From: Macrostomum lignano
Taxonomy: Eukaryota
Reading direction: 5' to 3'
Assembly: GCA_002269645.1 (NCBI GenBank)
Contig: NIVC01002240.1
Span: 62,001 to 126,000, forward strand
Length of the DNA: 64,000 nucleotides
Below are positions 50,187-62,035 of the stretch, in pieces. The stretch's first letter is position 1. Every line of letters begins with the position of its first letter. The notes beneath the pieces are model-generated. The model saw only the letters and a list, made by a program, of their open reading frames with translations, was not told the origin of the DNA and made no database searches. A program made the position numbers and the translations under genes.

Positions 50187-53100
50187 GTGCGAGAAGAGAG
50201 TGGGCAGTGTAGGCTTGTCAAGATTGAGGGCAGTAGTGACCTGCTGAAGGATCGGGAATAGGGGCAGTAGTGACCTGCTGAAGCATCGGGAATAGAGGGC
50301 AGTAGTGACCTGCTAAAGGATCGGGAATAGAGGGCAGTAGTGACCTGCTGAAGGATCGGGAATAGAGGGCAGTAGTGACCTGCTGAAGCATCGGGAATAG
50401 AGGGCAGTAGTGACCTGCTAAAGGATCGGGAATAGAGGGCAGTAGTGACCTGCTGAAGGATCGGGAATAGAGGGCAGTAGTAACCTACTGAAGGATCGGG
50501 AATAGAGGGCAGTAGTGACCTGCTGAAGGATCGGGAGTAGAGGGCAGTAGTGACCTGCTGAAGGATCGGGAATAGAGGGCAGTAGTAACCTACTGAAGGA
50601 TCGGGAATAGAGGGCAGTAGTAACCTGCTGAAGGATCGGGAATAGAGGGCAGTAGTAACCTGCTTAAGCATCGGGAATAGAGGGCAGTAGTAACCTACTT
50701 AAGGATCGGGAATAGAGGGCAGTAGTGACCTGCTGAAGGATCGGGAATAGAGGGCAGTAGTGACCTGCTGAAGGATCGGGAATAGAGGGCAGTAGTGACC
50801 TGCTGAAGCATCGGGAATAGAGGGCAGTAGTAACCTGCTGAAGGATCGGGAATAGAGGGCAGTAGTAACCTGCTTAAGCATCGGGAATAGAGGGCAGTAG
50901 TGACCTACTTAAGGATCGGGAATAGAGGGCAGTAGTGACCTGCTGAAGGATCGGGAATAGAGGGCAGTAGTGACCTGCTGAAGGATCGGGAATAGGGGCA
51001 GTAGTGACCTGCTGAAGCATCGGGAATAGAGGGCAGTAGTGACCTGCTAAAGGATCGGGAATAGAGGGCAGTAGTGACCTACTGAAGGATCGGGAATAGA
51101 GGGCAGTAGTGACCTGCTGAAGCATCGGGAATAGAGGGCAGTAGTGACCTGCTGAAGGATCGGGAGTAGAGGGCAGTAGTGACCTGCTGAAGGATCGGGA
51201 ATAGAGGGCAGTAGTAACCTACTGAAGGATCGGGAATAGAGGGCAGTAGTGACCTGCTGAAGGATCGGGAATAGAGGGCAGTAGTGACCTGCTGAAGGAT
51301 CGGGAATAGAGGGCAGTAGTGACCTGCTGAAGGATCGGGAATAGAGGGCAGTAGTAACCTACTGAAGGATCGGGAATAGAGGGCAGTAGTGACCTGCTGA
51401 AGGATCGGGAATAGAGGGCAGTAGTGACCTGCTGAAGCATCGGGAATAGAGGGCAGTAGTGACCTGCTGAAGGATCGGGAATAGAGGGCAGTAGTGGGCT
51501 CATAAATCCCGTGATGCTACTTTTGACCTAACTATAAATTCTATAGAAAAGCATCCCATACTACTAATTAACAGGTGGCCGTTGTCCAACAAGCTGGCGC
51601 TACCGGGGCAGCTGGCGGCGGCGTTGCCACGGCGACCCACCTACCCGTGTCTGTATCGCTGCCGCTGCTCCAGCATCATCAGTCAGTTCAGATTCAGCAT
51701 CATCACTTGGCTTTGTCGCATCCGCAGCAGCAGCAACAGCAGCAGCAGACAATTGTCCAGCAGCCAACACAATCGGTGACTCAGCAGTCTCAGCAGCACC
51801 AGCTGCCAGTTCAGTCAGTGTCTATCACACAGCAGCAGCCTGCCCTGCCAGTTGTACACTGCCTCGTGCCAACGGACCGCCCGCCAGGCCTGGACCCTGT
51901 TGAGCTGCTCAAAGAACGCGAACTTCGAATGCAAAGCCGCATAGTTGGTCGCATTGGTGAATTGGAGCAGATGTCCGCTTCGGTTAGCGAGGAAGCTCGG
52001 ACTCGGCTGCAGATTGAGCTGCGAGCTTTGCGTCTGCTTAACTTTCAGCGTCAGTTGAGACAGGAGGTGAGTCATCATCTTGTTACTATCTGTACGCTCG
52101 CAGGCCTGTTACTGCGTGGTCGCGTCTGTAGGATTGTCTGAAGGGGTTTTCCTGTCACTGTGTGTAGGACTGTCACTGTCTGTGGGACTGTCACTGTCTG
52201 TAGGACTGTCACTGACTGTAGGACTGTCTGTGGGATTGTAACTGTCTGTAGGACTGTCACTGACTGTAGGACTCACTGTCTGTGGGACTGTCATTGTATG
52301 TAGTACTGTCACTGTCTGTGGGACTGTCATTGTATGTAGTACTGTCACTGTCTGTGGGACTCACTGTCTGTGGGACTGGCTATTTGGAGGATAATCAACC
52401 ATGTTTAGTCACTTTTGTACTCGTAGTTTCGTCACTGTCTGGGGGGCATCTCACTGTATTATTGAGTCTTTAGAGACTGCCCTTCATCAGTAGCCTGTAT
52501 TCTGTAATACTATTCGCTCCCGCCCAGGTGATCAGCACCGCGCGCCGCGATAGCAGTCTTGACACGGCGCTAAACGCTCGCGCCTACAAGAAGCCCAAAA
52601 AGGTGGCCCTGCGCGAGGCTCGCGGCACAGTCCGCACCGAGCTGCTCCGCCAGATGGAGGCGGAGAAGCGCCAAAAGCAGAAGCATCAAGAGTTTCTCAA
52701 TGCCGTACTGGCCCACGGCAAAGAGCTGCGCGAGTTCTACAAGCTGGCTAATTCGCGATTGGTTAAGCTCAACCGGCTGGTGATGGCCTGGCACGCCAAC
52801 ACCGAGAGGGAGGCTCGCCGGATTGAACGGGAACGAATGCGCCGGCTGATGGCCGAGGACGAGAAAGGCTACAGGGAGCTAATTGACAAGCAGAAGGACC
52901 AGAGACTGCACTATCTGCTAGAGCAGACTGACCAGTTCACTGCTAAGCTGTCTAAACTGGTCAAGGTGCACAAGAAAAAGCAGAAATCTCAGCGTCATAA
53001 GGAGCGCCGATTGAGGCAGAGAGAGATTCAAGACGGACTAGCTAAGACCTGGCTTGAACGGGCTGTGGAAGATCCGACTGTTAGGGTGAGTGCGGCGGGT

Positions 53101-56100
53101 TGCTCATGCATGAAACTCCATTCCGAAAAGGGCCAATTATTGCCTCCAATTTAGCAACCCTGTGGAGGTCATCAATCTTTATACATTTGATTTGCCGTTG
53201 CATTTAAAAACTCAGATCACCATGGACTCTGTTAATCCTATTTCATTGATCCCAGATATCCATATTTCTGTCTAGTAAATCCCTAAGTTTTCTTTAATCC
53301 CACTCCAATGATCCCGACCCTCCCAACCCTCAATCCCATATCAATGATCCCAACCCTCCTAATCCCCAATCCCATTTCAATGATCCCAACCCTCCTAATC
53401 CCCAATCCCATTTCAATGATCCCAACCCTCCTAATCCCCAATCCCATTTCAATGATCCCAACCCTCCTAATCCCCAATCCCATTTCAATGATCCGAATCC
53501 CCACTCCCCTATCCCATTTCAATGATCCCAATCCCTTATCCCATTTCAATGATCCCAATCCCCCTAATCCCCAATCCCATTTCAGTGATCCCAATCCCTT
53601 ATCAAATTTCAATGATCCCAATCCCCTTATCCCTATACCATTTCAATGATCTCAACCCCCCCCCCTAATCCCCTATCATATTTAAATGATCCCAATCCCC
53701 CTAATCCCCTATCCCATTTCAATGATCTCAAGCCCCTAATTCCCAATCCCATTTCAATGATCTCAAGCCCCTAATCCCCAATCCCATTTCAATGATCCCA
53801 ATCCCCCTAATCCCCTATCCCATTTCAATAATCTCAAGCCCCTAATCCCCAATCCCATTTCAATGATCCCAATCCCCCTAATCCCCTATCCCATTTCAAT
53901 GATCCCAATCCCCCTAATCCCCTATCCCATTTCAATGATCCCAATCCCCCTAATCCCCTATCCCATTTCAATGATCCCAATCCCTTATCCCATTTCAATG
54001 ATCCCAATCCCCCTAATCCCCAATCCCATTTCAGTGATCCCAATCCCTTATCAAATTTCAATGATCCCAATCCCCCTTATCCCTATACCATTTCAATGAT
54101 CTCAACCCCCCCTAATCCCCTATCATATTTAAATGATCCCAATCCCCCTAATCCCCTATCCCATTTCAATGATCTCAAGCCCCTAATCCCCAATCCCATT
54201 TCAATGATCTCAAGCCCCTAATCCCCAATCCCATTTCAATGATCCCAATCCCTCTAATCCCCAATCCCATTTCAATGATCCCAATCCCCCTAATCCCCTA
54301 TCCCATTTCAATAATCTCAAGCCCCTAATTCCCAATCCCATTTCAATGATCCCGAATCCCATTCCCAGGTGCCAGTCCTGAACCCCAGCACCGGCGAGCG
54401 CCTTACGGATGACAACGGGCCGCTAGCCCGCGATCTGGAGGCCTGGCTAGCAGATCATCCGGGGTGGTGGGTGATCCCAGTCAACGAGGACGGCGTGCTC
54501 TGCCCAGAGGAGCTGGAGGATCAGCACCAGCAGCAGACGGCCGCCGCGGCCGCCGCCGCAGCCGACGCCGATTCAACAGACTCGTCAGACGACGAGGCAA
54601 TTGACGACGCGGTGAAAGGCACCGAGGATGACGATTATCACCAGCAGCAGGGCTACTACGGCAGCGCGCACAGCGTCCAGGAGCGGGTGCGAGAGCAGGC
54701 CAGCATTCTCGTCAACGGCAAGCTGAAAGAGTACCAGCTCAAAGGCCTGCAGTGGCTCGTGTCGCTTTATAATAACAACCTGAATGGCATCCTAGCCGAC
54801 GAGATGGGCCTAGGCAAGACTATCCAGACCATCGCTCTTATCACCTATCTGATGGAGAAGAAGAAAGAAAATGGTCCCTATCTGATCATTGTGCCGCTGT
54901 CCACCATGTCTAACTGGTCGCTGGAGTTCGACAAATGGGCGCCGTCTGTTAAGAAAGTCTTGTACAAAGGTGAGCCCGGGAGCTGTTTGCTTTGGTGCAC
55001 TTGTGCGCTGTGATCAGAAGCTAAAATGCAAAATCAGAACTTTTTTAATAAATCCTCAAAATCAACCATAAATCCTTGATAATCGCCTCTAAATCCTCAA
55101 AATCAACCCTAAATCCTTGATAATCGCCTGTAAATCCTCAAAATCAACCCTAAATCCTTGATAATCGCCTGTAAATCCTCAATATCAACCCAGAATCCTT
55201 GATAATCGCCTGTAAATCCTCAATATCAACCCTGAATCCTTGATAATCGCCTGTAAATCCTCAAGGTCAGCCCTAAATCATTGATAATCGCCTCTAAATC
55301 CTCAAGATCAGCTTTAAATCCTTGATAATCGCCTCTAAATCCTCAAGATCAGCCTTAAATCCTCAAGATCAGCCTTAAATCCTTGATAATCGCCTCTAAA
55401 TCCTCAAGATCAGCTTTAAATCCTTGATAATCGCCTCTAAATCCTCAAGATCAGCCTTAAATCCTCAAGATCAGCCCTAAATCCTTGATAATCGCCTCTA
55501 CATCCTTAAGATCAGCCCTAACTCCTCAAGATCAACCCTAACTCCTCAGGATCAACCCTAAATCCTAAACCCTAAATCCCTAAGAATCGTCTGTAATAAA
55601 TACAACAGTTATGTTTTAATGTTTTTTTGACAAGTTTTACTCATAAGTAGAGATACGCTAATATCATTAATAAATAACTGACATCGCCCCAAAATCCGCG
55701 CCAGGCTCGCCCCAGATGCGCCGCCAGCTGCAACAGACGGAGCTTCGCTCGGCAAAATTCAATGTCCTACTGACTACTTACGAGTACATCATAAAGGACA
55801 AGTCCGTGCTAACTAAAATCAAATGGAAGTACATGATCATCGACGAGGGCCATCGGATGAAGAATCATCACTGCAAGCTCACCTGCGTGCTCAACACCTA
55901 CTTCACCGCGCCCTACCGACTGCTGCTGACTGGCACTCCGTTGCAGAACAAGCTGCCCGAACTCTGGGCTCTCATGAACTTCCTGCTGCCGTCAGTGTTC
56001 TCGTCTGTGACCACCTTCGAGCAGTGGTTTAATGCCCCGTTCGCTCTGTCCAGCTCAGAGAAAGTTGAGCTCAACCAAGAGGAGACTCTGCTCATTATTC

Positions 56101-59100
56101 GCCGATTGCACAAAGTCCTGCGGCCGTTCCTGCTGCGCCGGCTCAAAAAAGAGGTGGAATCTCAGCTGCCCGAGAAGGTTGAGTACGTGATCAAGTGCGA
56201 CATGAGCGCCCTGCAGCGGACTCTGCACCATCATATGAGTCAGCGGAATGTCATACTCACCGCCGGCTCCGAGAAGGACAAGAAGGTGAGTGTTTATGGT
56301 TCTGATCTGTGAAGTCTAGCGGCACACCGTTGAAGTGTCACCAAAATCCGTCAATAAATCACTTAGAATCTCTCAATAAGTCACTCAGAATCTGTCAACA
56401 GATCACTCAGAATCTGTCAATAAGTTACTCAGAATCTTTGAAAATATCGCTCAGAATATTAATAGACTACTTAGTCTGTCAATATATCATTTCTCGGCGC
56501 ATCATTAGAACTAATTATCAAGATATCAAGATGTCTGCCAACCACACCTGACAAAATTTCGTCTATTAATAGATGACTGTAGACCTGTATAATCACTATC
56601 AGCTGTATAAACCCAATATTCCACAGGGCAACGGCGGCGTCAGGACGCTGAACAACACCATCATGCAGCTGCGCAAGATCTGCAATCATCCGTTCCTGTT
56701 CCCCCACATCGAGGACGCCATGACTGAGCACAAGGGCCACCAGGCTGTCAACGGAGAAGATCTGTACAGATCATCTGGCAAGTTCGAATTGCTGAACCGA
56801 ATACTGCCGAAACTTCGGGCCACTGGCCACCGGGTGTTGATCTTCTGCCAGATGACCCAGCTGATGACCGTTATGCAGGTAATTTTCAGCTCTATTTATA
56901 GGCCCTAGAGGTTACCCGTTTGAAAACGTTAACGTGACAAGAATCTCTAAAAAGTTGTTGCAAATAGTTCTAGTGGCTATAGCGCGACACTGGGTTAACT
57001 TTTGTGATTTTTTCATTACTCAAAGTACGCGAGTTGTAGAATCGTAAAAGAGTCGCGAAAGAGTCGTCCAAGAATCGTTGTTTTGGCGCTTAACTTTCTA
57101 CTAACTCAGTAGGCTAGTTAGAGTGCGTCAAACACAACTCAACGATTCTACAGCGACTCTGGCACGCCTCAAATGCGACTCAACGGCCCCTGAGTCGCAG
57201 ACAATAAAACGCTTCAAAGTGACTTTAAACAACTCTGAAATGACTCAAGGGTGCACAATTGACTCTGGGACGCTTCTTGGCCTGGGTACCGTTTTCATCG
57301 GGTTAATCATATCCAGAATCTTTTTACTTATAGCTTTGATTATTTGCTCAACCGTTCACATTCATTTGGGACTGATTCACAGCCAGTGTACATACCTGAC
57401 GATTAGAAAGTCACAGGGCCGCTGTACACCCTGTGTGAGCTGTGTATGACTGCGTGCCTGCGTACAGTATTGGCGCTCTTGTACTCAGGAGTCAGCGGAA
57501 TGGGCAAAATCGCCTGAGCGCTGGTTGTATGACCGATGTAGCTTGAAGGCGTTGCGCCAACGACTCACAGCTCTACTGCGAAATATTTATTATTGTTTCA
57601 TCCTTCAAGAGGTGGTAGCCTAGTGGTTAGAGCGTCGGACTCACGACTGGAAGGTCGAGGGTTCGATTCTCGACCATACATGCGCAACCTCTAAAATTCG
57701 GTCGGCCATGCGACTTAGTTTTAACAAAAATGCGACGTAGTTTTTGGCCAAAAATGCGACATGTAAAAAAAACGTAATGCAAAATTAACGCAACTTTGGG
57801 TAAACGGCAGGAGTAACTATGACTGTCTTATTAAGTCAAATTGCCTCGTCAGCTACTTAGTACTACTACTTAGGTATTTTTTCGGGTGGGCATTTTTGCG
57901 ACTTCCTTGGTTGGCCGCCAAATCGGTCGGCCGGATCGGCCGACTCGGCCAACTGTTGCGCATGTATGTTCTCGACCCACTCGGAACAATTTTGTGTTCT
58001 TCAGCAAGACACAACTCTGCATTGCTTCAGTTCACAAAGCTGTAAAATGGGTGCCAGCATTAGCTGGGGTAATTGAGGCTGTGTGTGTGGCGACCCCCCC
58101 CCCCCCAGTCCTTGGACTGAACAGCCGTACGCAGCCTTCAGATGCGCCGCGCAATAGCTGCGGCTGAGCTGTCGGTTGCACATCTGCCCATTAAGGCAGG
58201 TGTAATCAATTATTATTATTATTATTATTGTTTCATTCTTCAAACCATCAAAGAGCGCACTGATTCCCATCACACCAACCCCAGGACTACTTCGACTACA
58301 TGGGCTACAAGTATCTGCGCTTGGACGGCACCACCAAGTCGGAGGATCGCGGCTCTCTGCTGCAGGTCTTCAGCGACAAAGAGTCCGATTATTTCATATT
58401 CCTGCTCAGCACGCGAGCCGGCGGTCTCGGCCTGAACTTGCAGGCGGCTGACACTGTGATTCTGTTCGACTCCGACTGGAACCCGCATCAGGACCTGCAG
58501 GCCCAGGATCGGGCGCATCGGATTGGCCAGAAAAATGAAGTTCGCGTATTGCGATTGATGTGCGTTAATTCGGTCGAGGAACGAATCCTAGCCGCTGCCA
58601 GGTACAAGCTCAACGTTGACGAAAAGGTTATCCAGGCTGGTAAGCTTGTTCTCTCGGTGTGTGCTATTAAATATTTGTAGCAGGTTCCCTACTGTTAGTA
58701 GTGCAATCGGTTAGCTAGGATTTCTCTTTTAAAAATCTTTTTTAGATTTACGGCACTTTTTCTACTTTTAGTAGTGCAATTTGAACTGTTTAGTTAATTC
58801 TAAAAATGAGAGACAGTTTTATTAGCCTTTAATTCGTGATCTACTGTTTATAGTAGCGCATTTCGAGATTTTAGGCATATATTTAAAACCTTCAGCAGTC
58901 GCTTAGCAAGGCTTACCCTAACAGATTTTTACAATACCTCGTACTAGGAATTAAGCAACTGTCCCTAAGACCATTTTTCGGCCAGACTCAGAGCTTCAAA
59001 GCGTTTGTGAGAAATTGTGGAGGTCTTTACTTAGTAATTTTACTTAGAGAGCATAAAAACGACAGTTAATCAATTTCACATAGTAAGTTTAACGAAGAAT

Positions 59101-62017
59101 TGAAACTGTAGCACAAGTAACATGTTTCTAACCAGGTATGAACAAATAATACGATTAGTGCAACGCAAGACAAATGTCTCTCATTTTGATTGAACAGGAT
59201 TTTCAAAAGAAAGGGATCGCATAGTTTTAAGCAATAAGGCAGTTGAGAATCCGATGGAAATGGGGATATTTTGGAAGCAATAAACTGGCAGAAGGCTCTT
59301 TCACACCGCCCTCAAACGATGTATATTAACTAAATTTGGCATGTGTACAAAGATATGCACTTTGGGGTGAAAAACTTCTGAGAAATTAGGACTCATTTTG
59401 TGACGGTGCAGGCGAGCCTTTATCAAACAGGATAACAAATTCCTTGGGTAACATTTTGCATTCTCACAAAATACGAGTACAGTCTAAGAGTGACACTGTC
59501 AAGCATGCCACTGCTGAAAGCAAGCTTCCAAACAGAGTCCCGGTTCTCCTGGGCACTCGGGGCAGCAGTAGATCGTGCGCTTGCTGCTTCCAGCCCGGTA
59601 GCAGATGCGACAGCGCTTTCTTCTTTGGGAAGTGCGGACTGTCAGGACCGGCTGTCTGAGCAGCTTGAACGGCAGTCGCTGGTCGCCTCCTGTTCCTTCC
59701 AGTGCGCTCTACCAGTTCCCGAATGCTGGCCTCCAGAAACTTAGCAAATGTTCTTTGTCCACTGCACCTCTTGTACGCTATCCAAGCGTTGCGAATCATC
59801 TGCATACATAGGTGTAAACCAAGCTTTAAAAAACACTTTTTCGTTTTCCTACCTGGCAGATGGGGCTGATGTGGCTGTCCATTCTGTCATCACCGCCCAT
59901 GCACCGATTGTAGGAAAGTGCTGACCTACTCTTCTGCACCGTCGTTTCCACTCCTCGAACAATTCGTTGGGTCTGAACCTTCTCAGCCGCCTCTTCGGTG
60001 TCCAGCAAATACAGCGTCTTCAATCCACTCTCCTTTCTTTCTATGATCTTTACAGCCAACACACGGTCTTTGCGCATGAAGGCATCATCGGTAGGTGGAA
60101 CATACAGCTCTCTGAGCTCAACCGGAACGCCTCGGTCAGCTCGGACCGTACAAGTCAGGTGCGTTCCTTGAGCCAGAAGGTAACTCCGACAGCCGATAGG
60201 ATCCGAACCACTTGTCGACGAAGATGCGGTAGCCTTGGTGCAGCAGATGGTAGCAGAGCTCGACAACTAACTTCTCGCTGAAAGACAGGGTGTCTCCTTG
60301 CAATGGTTCATCGAACCGGCGGTTTTCCTCCGGGGTTGAGTGAACACGAAATTTGTACAGGTAACCCGTTGCCGCCTCACAGGCACAATACAACTTTATG
60401 CCGTACTTTGCCCGCTTCGTTGGAATATACTGTTTGAAGCGTAAGCGCCCTTTGTACAGCACCAAAGATTCGTCTACGCTCACATCCTCCTCGGGCCTGT
60501 ACACATTAACGCAAGCATCTCTCAATGTCTGCAGCAACGGGCGAATCTTAAAAAGTGGGTCGTTTACGGCCGGATCTTCAGCGCAGTCATAAAAACGGAG
60601 CAGACCCAGAAGCTGTTTGAAGCGGTCTCGAGAGAGAGCTTCAGCCGCTTGAAAATAAGGTGTTATGTAGTAGCTGTCTGTGCTCCAGTACTCGCTCATT
60701 TCGGTCTTCTTGTTGGAGCCCATGTAAAGATACTGGTACATTCCCAGAACTTTCTTTATCTCATTTGCACTGCAGTCTCTCCAATGTGCAAAACTCACAG
60801 GCAGGTCCTCAGCGTCGACCGAGTGAATCGCTGCCCAGGCTCTTCGGTTGGTCCACTTTGCCAGGTCTTCAAAGAGGCTATCCGGTAAAAAAGGCCCAGA
60901 AATAATGGCGTTGCTTCCTCAACATAATCTGGAACTGTAATTCCTGGATTCAGTCCAGGCGTCCCCAGAAATTCGTTTAAATTCTCGAGTACATCTCAAC
61001 CAGCAACTACAGCATTCCAGGAAAGCTCTTCCGTTTCATCTACCGCAGTTGGGATATGAAGGCCTCTTCGTCATCAGACGTCATAATGTCGGAAATCGAT
61101 TGATTGTCTGTTTCTTCCAGTAATGATGCCATAGTTATGACTAGTAGATACTGTACTTTAAGAATGATCTAATTCAGTCGCAAAAAACCAACTTGTTAGT
61201 TTATGAACGCTTTGAATTGTACTTTTTCTTAGGCTATGCATTTTTACCAGACTGGAATAACCATAGACTGGGAACGTCGTCCCTCCTAAAAATATTGTCT
61301 ATGGTAAGCTTTGCTGGAAATTTGCTGGAATATGGTAAGCTTACCGGAACGGAGATTGACAGAATATGGCTCAGTTCGGAAGAGGTTAATTAATAGATTC
61401 TTAAAAAAAACAATATTTTCATTTTTAGTATACAAAAGATATTCTTACATTTAATTTATTTTTCACACCTTACGAAATTTTCGGCATATTTTTCTACTAA
61501 TAGTAGCAGGCGTAGGTGACTAATGAAAGAAATCTCGCAATTCTCTTCGTCTCCGCCAGGCATGTTTGACCAGAAATCCACTGGCGTTCAGCGTCGCGAA
61601 TTTCTGATGGCCCTGCTAGAAGAAGAGCAAGACGGTAACGATGATTTAGAAGTGCACGACGACGAGACGATCAACCAGATGCTGGCCCGCTCAGAGGAGG
61701 AGTTCAAAGTCTACCAGCGCATGGACAAGGAGCGGCACGACGACCGGCCTAGGCTGCTGTCACAGGACGAGCTGCCGCCCTGGATTAGCAGCATCGAGGA
61801 GGAGACCGCCACCTCTAGCCTGATGGACGACGGCGAGGACAGCGAGAGCTGCAGCGGATTCGGCAAGCGTCAACGGAAAGAAGTTGATTACACTGACTCG
61901 CTCACTGACCAGCAGTTTATTCGGGCCATTCAAGAGGGCACGCTAGACGAGATGGAGGACCAGATGCGGCACAGGAAGAAAATGAAGCGAGCCATGGCAA
62001 GCGAGGACTCAATGCTG
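49824..62017 (+). CDS. brm: Brahma/SMARCA2/4 SWI/SNF ATPase, exons 49824-50186, 51575-52066, 52528-53085, 54369-54969, 55705-56285, 56627-56878, 58285-58639, 61560-62017; the bromodomain exon(s) would lie beyond the window
   Basis: All junctions are GT-AG and phase-consistent. Domain order QLQ, HSA, BRK, SNF2 ATPase, helicase C, SnAC. Confidence 0.95.
50227..51495. repeat. 35-bp satellite in Brahma intron
   Basis: Unit gggcagtagtgacctgctgaaggatcgggaataga. Confidence 0.95.
51575..52066 (+). CDS. brm: Brahma exon, Gln-rich region and pre-HSA
   Basis: [14 protein letters not shown]...[19 protein letters not shown]; donor gag|gtgagt. Confidence 0.92.
52150..52375. repeat. About 18-bp tandem repeat in Brahma intron
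   Basis: Unit ctgtcactgtctgt(a/g)gga. Confidence 0.85.
52528..53085 (+). CDS. brm: Brahma exon, HSA domain
   Basis: [13 protein letters not shown]...WHANTERE...[34 protein letters not shown]. Confidence 0.93.
53305..54365. repeat. 36-bp C-rich satellite in Brahma intron
   Basis: Unit aatgatcccaatccccctaatcccctatcccatttc; runs up to the acceptor. Confidence 0.95.
54369..54969 (+). CDS. brm: Brahma exon, BRK and ATPase motif I
   Basis: [10 protein letters not shown]...[11 protein letters not shown]; [16 protein letters not shown]; donor aaag|gtgagc. Confidence 0.95.
55050..55585. repeat. 41-bp (20+21) satellite in Brahma intron
   Basis: Unit aaatcctcaagatcagccctaaatccttgataatcgcctct. Confidence 0.9.
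55705..56285 (+). CDS. brm: Brahma exon, ATPase motifs II-III
   Basis: [47 protein letters not shown]. Confidence 0.95.
56627..56878 (+). CDS. brm: Brahma exon, start of the helicase C lobe
   Basis: [33 protein letters not shown]...[10 protein letters not shown]. Confidence 0.95.
56915..57302. mobile_element. 388-bp MITE with CCC termini (CMC- or piggyBac-like)
   Basis: CCCGTTTGAAAACG and CGTTTTCATCGGG imperfect TIRs; internal GAGTCG/CGACTC motifs in both orientations; TSD ambiguous. Confidence 0.5.
57675..57968. mobile_element. hAT MITE, 294 bp
   Basis: Perfect 14-bp TIR CATACATGCGCAAC; 8-bp TSD TTCTCGAC at 57667-57674 and 57969-57976. Confidence 0.92.
57798..57861 (+). pseudogene. Degenerate 28S rRNA fragment (helix 69-71 region) inside the hAT MITE
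   Basis: GGGTAAACGGCAGGAGTAACTATGACTGTCTTATTAAGTCAAATTGCCTCGTCAGCTACTTAGT aligns without gaps to the conserved eukaryotic GGGTAAACGGCGGGAGTAACTATGACTCTCTTAAGGTAGCCAAATGCCTCGTCATCTAATTAGT (recalled from memory). Confidence 0.8.
58285..58639 (+). CDS. brm: Brahma exon, helicase motifs V-VI
   Basis: [52 protein letters not shown]. Confidence 0.96.
59499..61385 (-). mobile_element. piggyBac relic with frameshifted transposase (ATG 61132, stop 59499), antisense in a Brahma intron
   Basis: [49 protein letters not shown], and C-terminal CRICY...[20 protein letters not shown]. One end TTAA|CCTCTTCCG at 61385; the other TIR was not found. Confidence 0.9.
61560..62017 (+). CDS. brm: Brahma exon, post-helicase/SnAC region
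   Basis: [58 protein letters not shown]. Confidence 0.93.
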
Positions 62018-62035
62018 GTAGGTTGCTGCGTGCCG

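Larger units (their letters stand above)
57609..58225 (+). mobile_element. tRNA-derived SINE, copy 2, full length with a nested MITE
   Basis: Head GAGGTGGTAGCCTAGTGG...GGTTCGATTC, (ATT)n tail, 18-bp TSD TATTGTTTCAT(C/T)CTTCAA at 57591-57608 and 58226-58243. Confidence 0.92.
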
